Part shown: positions 63,076-64,000 of the stretch, piece after piece
How positions within the stretch are numbered: position 1 is the first letter of the stretch
Layout: each line of letters begins with the position of its first letter
NCBI GenBank assembly: GCA_977020255.1
Contig: CDROCS010002056.1
Coordinates: forward strand, 124,001-188,000
Source of the DNA: Obrimoposthia wandeli
Taxonomy: Eukaryota
DNA length: 64,000 bases
Direction: 5' to 3'
Notes under the pieces: model-generated
The model's database searches: none
The model's input: the letters and a program-made list of their open reading frames with translations, nothing else
Told to the model about the DNA's origin: nothing
Translations under genes and position numbers: made by a program

Positions 63076-63806
63076 TTAATTAAAAATACGTATTTGATTA
63101 AGTATAGCTTCATTCGGAGAAGCTATAGACAGTTTAGCTTTAACAAGATTAGAAGCAGCAGTAACACCCACTGAAGGGGATAAAAATTTAATAACAATGC
63201 AAGCAGCATGTAAACTACCATAATGACCACATACTAAAATCTTACCACCATTTTTGATAGTTTCATTTATTATTTTATTAATCAGTTTATAATATTTCAT
63301 TATTGTTTCTCCTAATTTTGAGTTTACAAACACAGAAGTATACTTTAATTTTTTATAAGATATCTTATTCACTATAGATGTATTGATTACATGAGTGAAT
63401 TCGGATTTCAGAAGTTCAGTTTCATCAAAAGCATCTCGATAATTACCCATATATAATTGATTTACTAAAATCTCACTCATTTTTGTTTTGTTTAAATTTT
63501 CTACATTAAGTTGAGTAAATCTAGCACTAAACAAACTATCAGAAAGATGGGTCATATGGTTCATTTCCATACTGGAAGCATGAGCTATTATGGGTTCCAT
63601 AAAAGCCAAAGCATTTAAAAAATCTAATCGTTTCCTATCTTCTTCAATAATTGTCTTCTGAAAATTAACTTCTTCTATCTTCACTTCATCAATAGTTTCT
63701 TCTCTTCTCATCGCTGTTGGTGATGTTGTTGCTGGTGAATTTGCTGCTGGTATGCCATTGCTGATGGTTATGTTGTTGCTGCTGATGTATCATTAAATTT
63801 CTCCAT
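63076..63806 (-). pseudogene. Pseudophosphatase of copy C (DSP-fold domain open, N-terminal repeat region disrupted)
   Basis: ILVCGHYGSLHAACIV; highly similar to 46924-47754 across the domain. Confidence 0.8.
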
Positions 63807-64000
63807 ATTTCAATTCAGAGTTGAAAGTTTTACTCTTAAGAGTAAATCATTGGAGTATCAGTTTCATCATAATTCTATTCGCATGATTTGATTGGATTAT
63901 TTTTCAACTTTTCCAGTTTACTTTTCCATTTTATGATAATATATAGTTGATGATGTAACCTAAATAATGAGTTAAATAAAGTAGTAATAAACATTATTCA

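Larger units (their letters stand above)
58154..64000 (-). mobile_element. Degenerate Maverick copy C (left end; runs beyond the window)
   Basis: AGTAGGTA..GACTTCTGG.ACAAA terminus; same gene order and orientation as copy B, with the exonuclease-to-PW block deleted. Confidence 0.9.

Noticed and set aside
1-64000. Assignment of the host species
   Set aside because: AT richness, short introns and transposon content fit several invertebrate groups; BLAST of the WASH1 exon would be needed

Overview
AT-rich eukaryotic (invertebrate animal) genomic DNA with spliceosomal introns; the host species cannot be determined from the sequence. Three host genes are partly visible: the last exon of WASH1 (+), a Q/N/R-rich gene (-, exons ~3.7-20.3 kb) and a multi-exon repeat-protein gene (+, from 22.1 kb, stop not found). 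Their introns are packed with transposon relics and at least three Maverick/Polinton (adintovirus-like) insertions. The best-preserved is 38039-50225: ~0.72-0.79 kb TIRs, a perfect 6-bp TSD (TTCGTG), pPolB, DnaQ-like exonuclease, cysteine protease, major and truncated minor capsid proteins, integrase, packaging ATPase and several accessory ORFs. The most unusual features are: (i) its TIRs are a phased array of 20 exact AGGTCA/TGACCT nuclear-receptor half-sites (six perfect DR5, one DR2, one IR0) plus a CRE and a hairpin that mimics the element terminus; (ii) it encodes a dual-specificity pseudophosphatase, catalytically dead in both diverged copies; (iii) its pPolB has a GT-AG intron at the same position in both copies, in one copy expanded by TIR-derived sequence. 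An intact-looking type I hammerhead ribozyme lies at 2551-2606. All family assignments come from motif recognition by eye, with no database searches.
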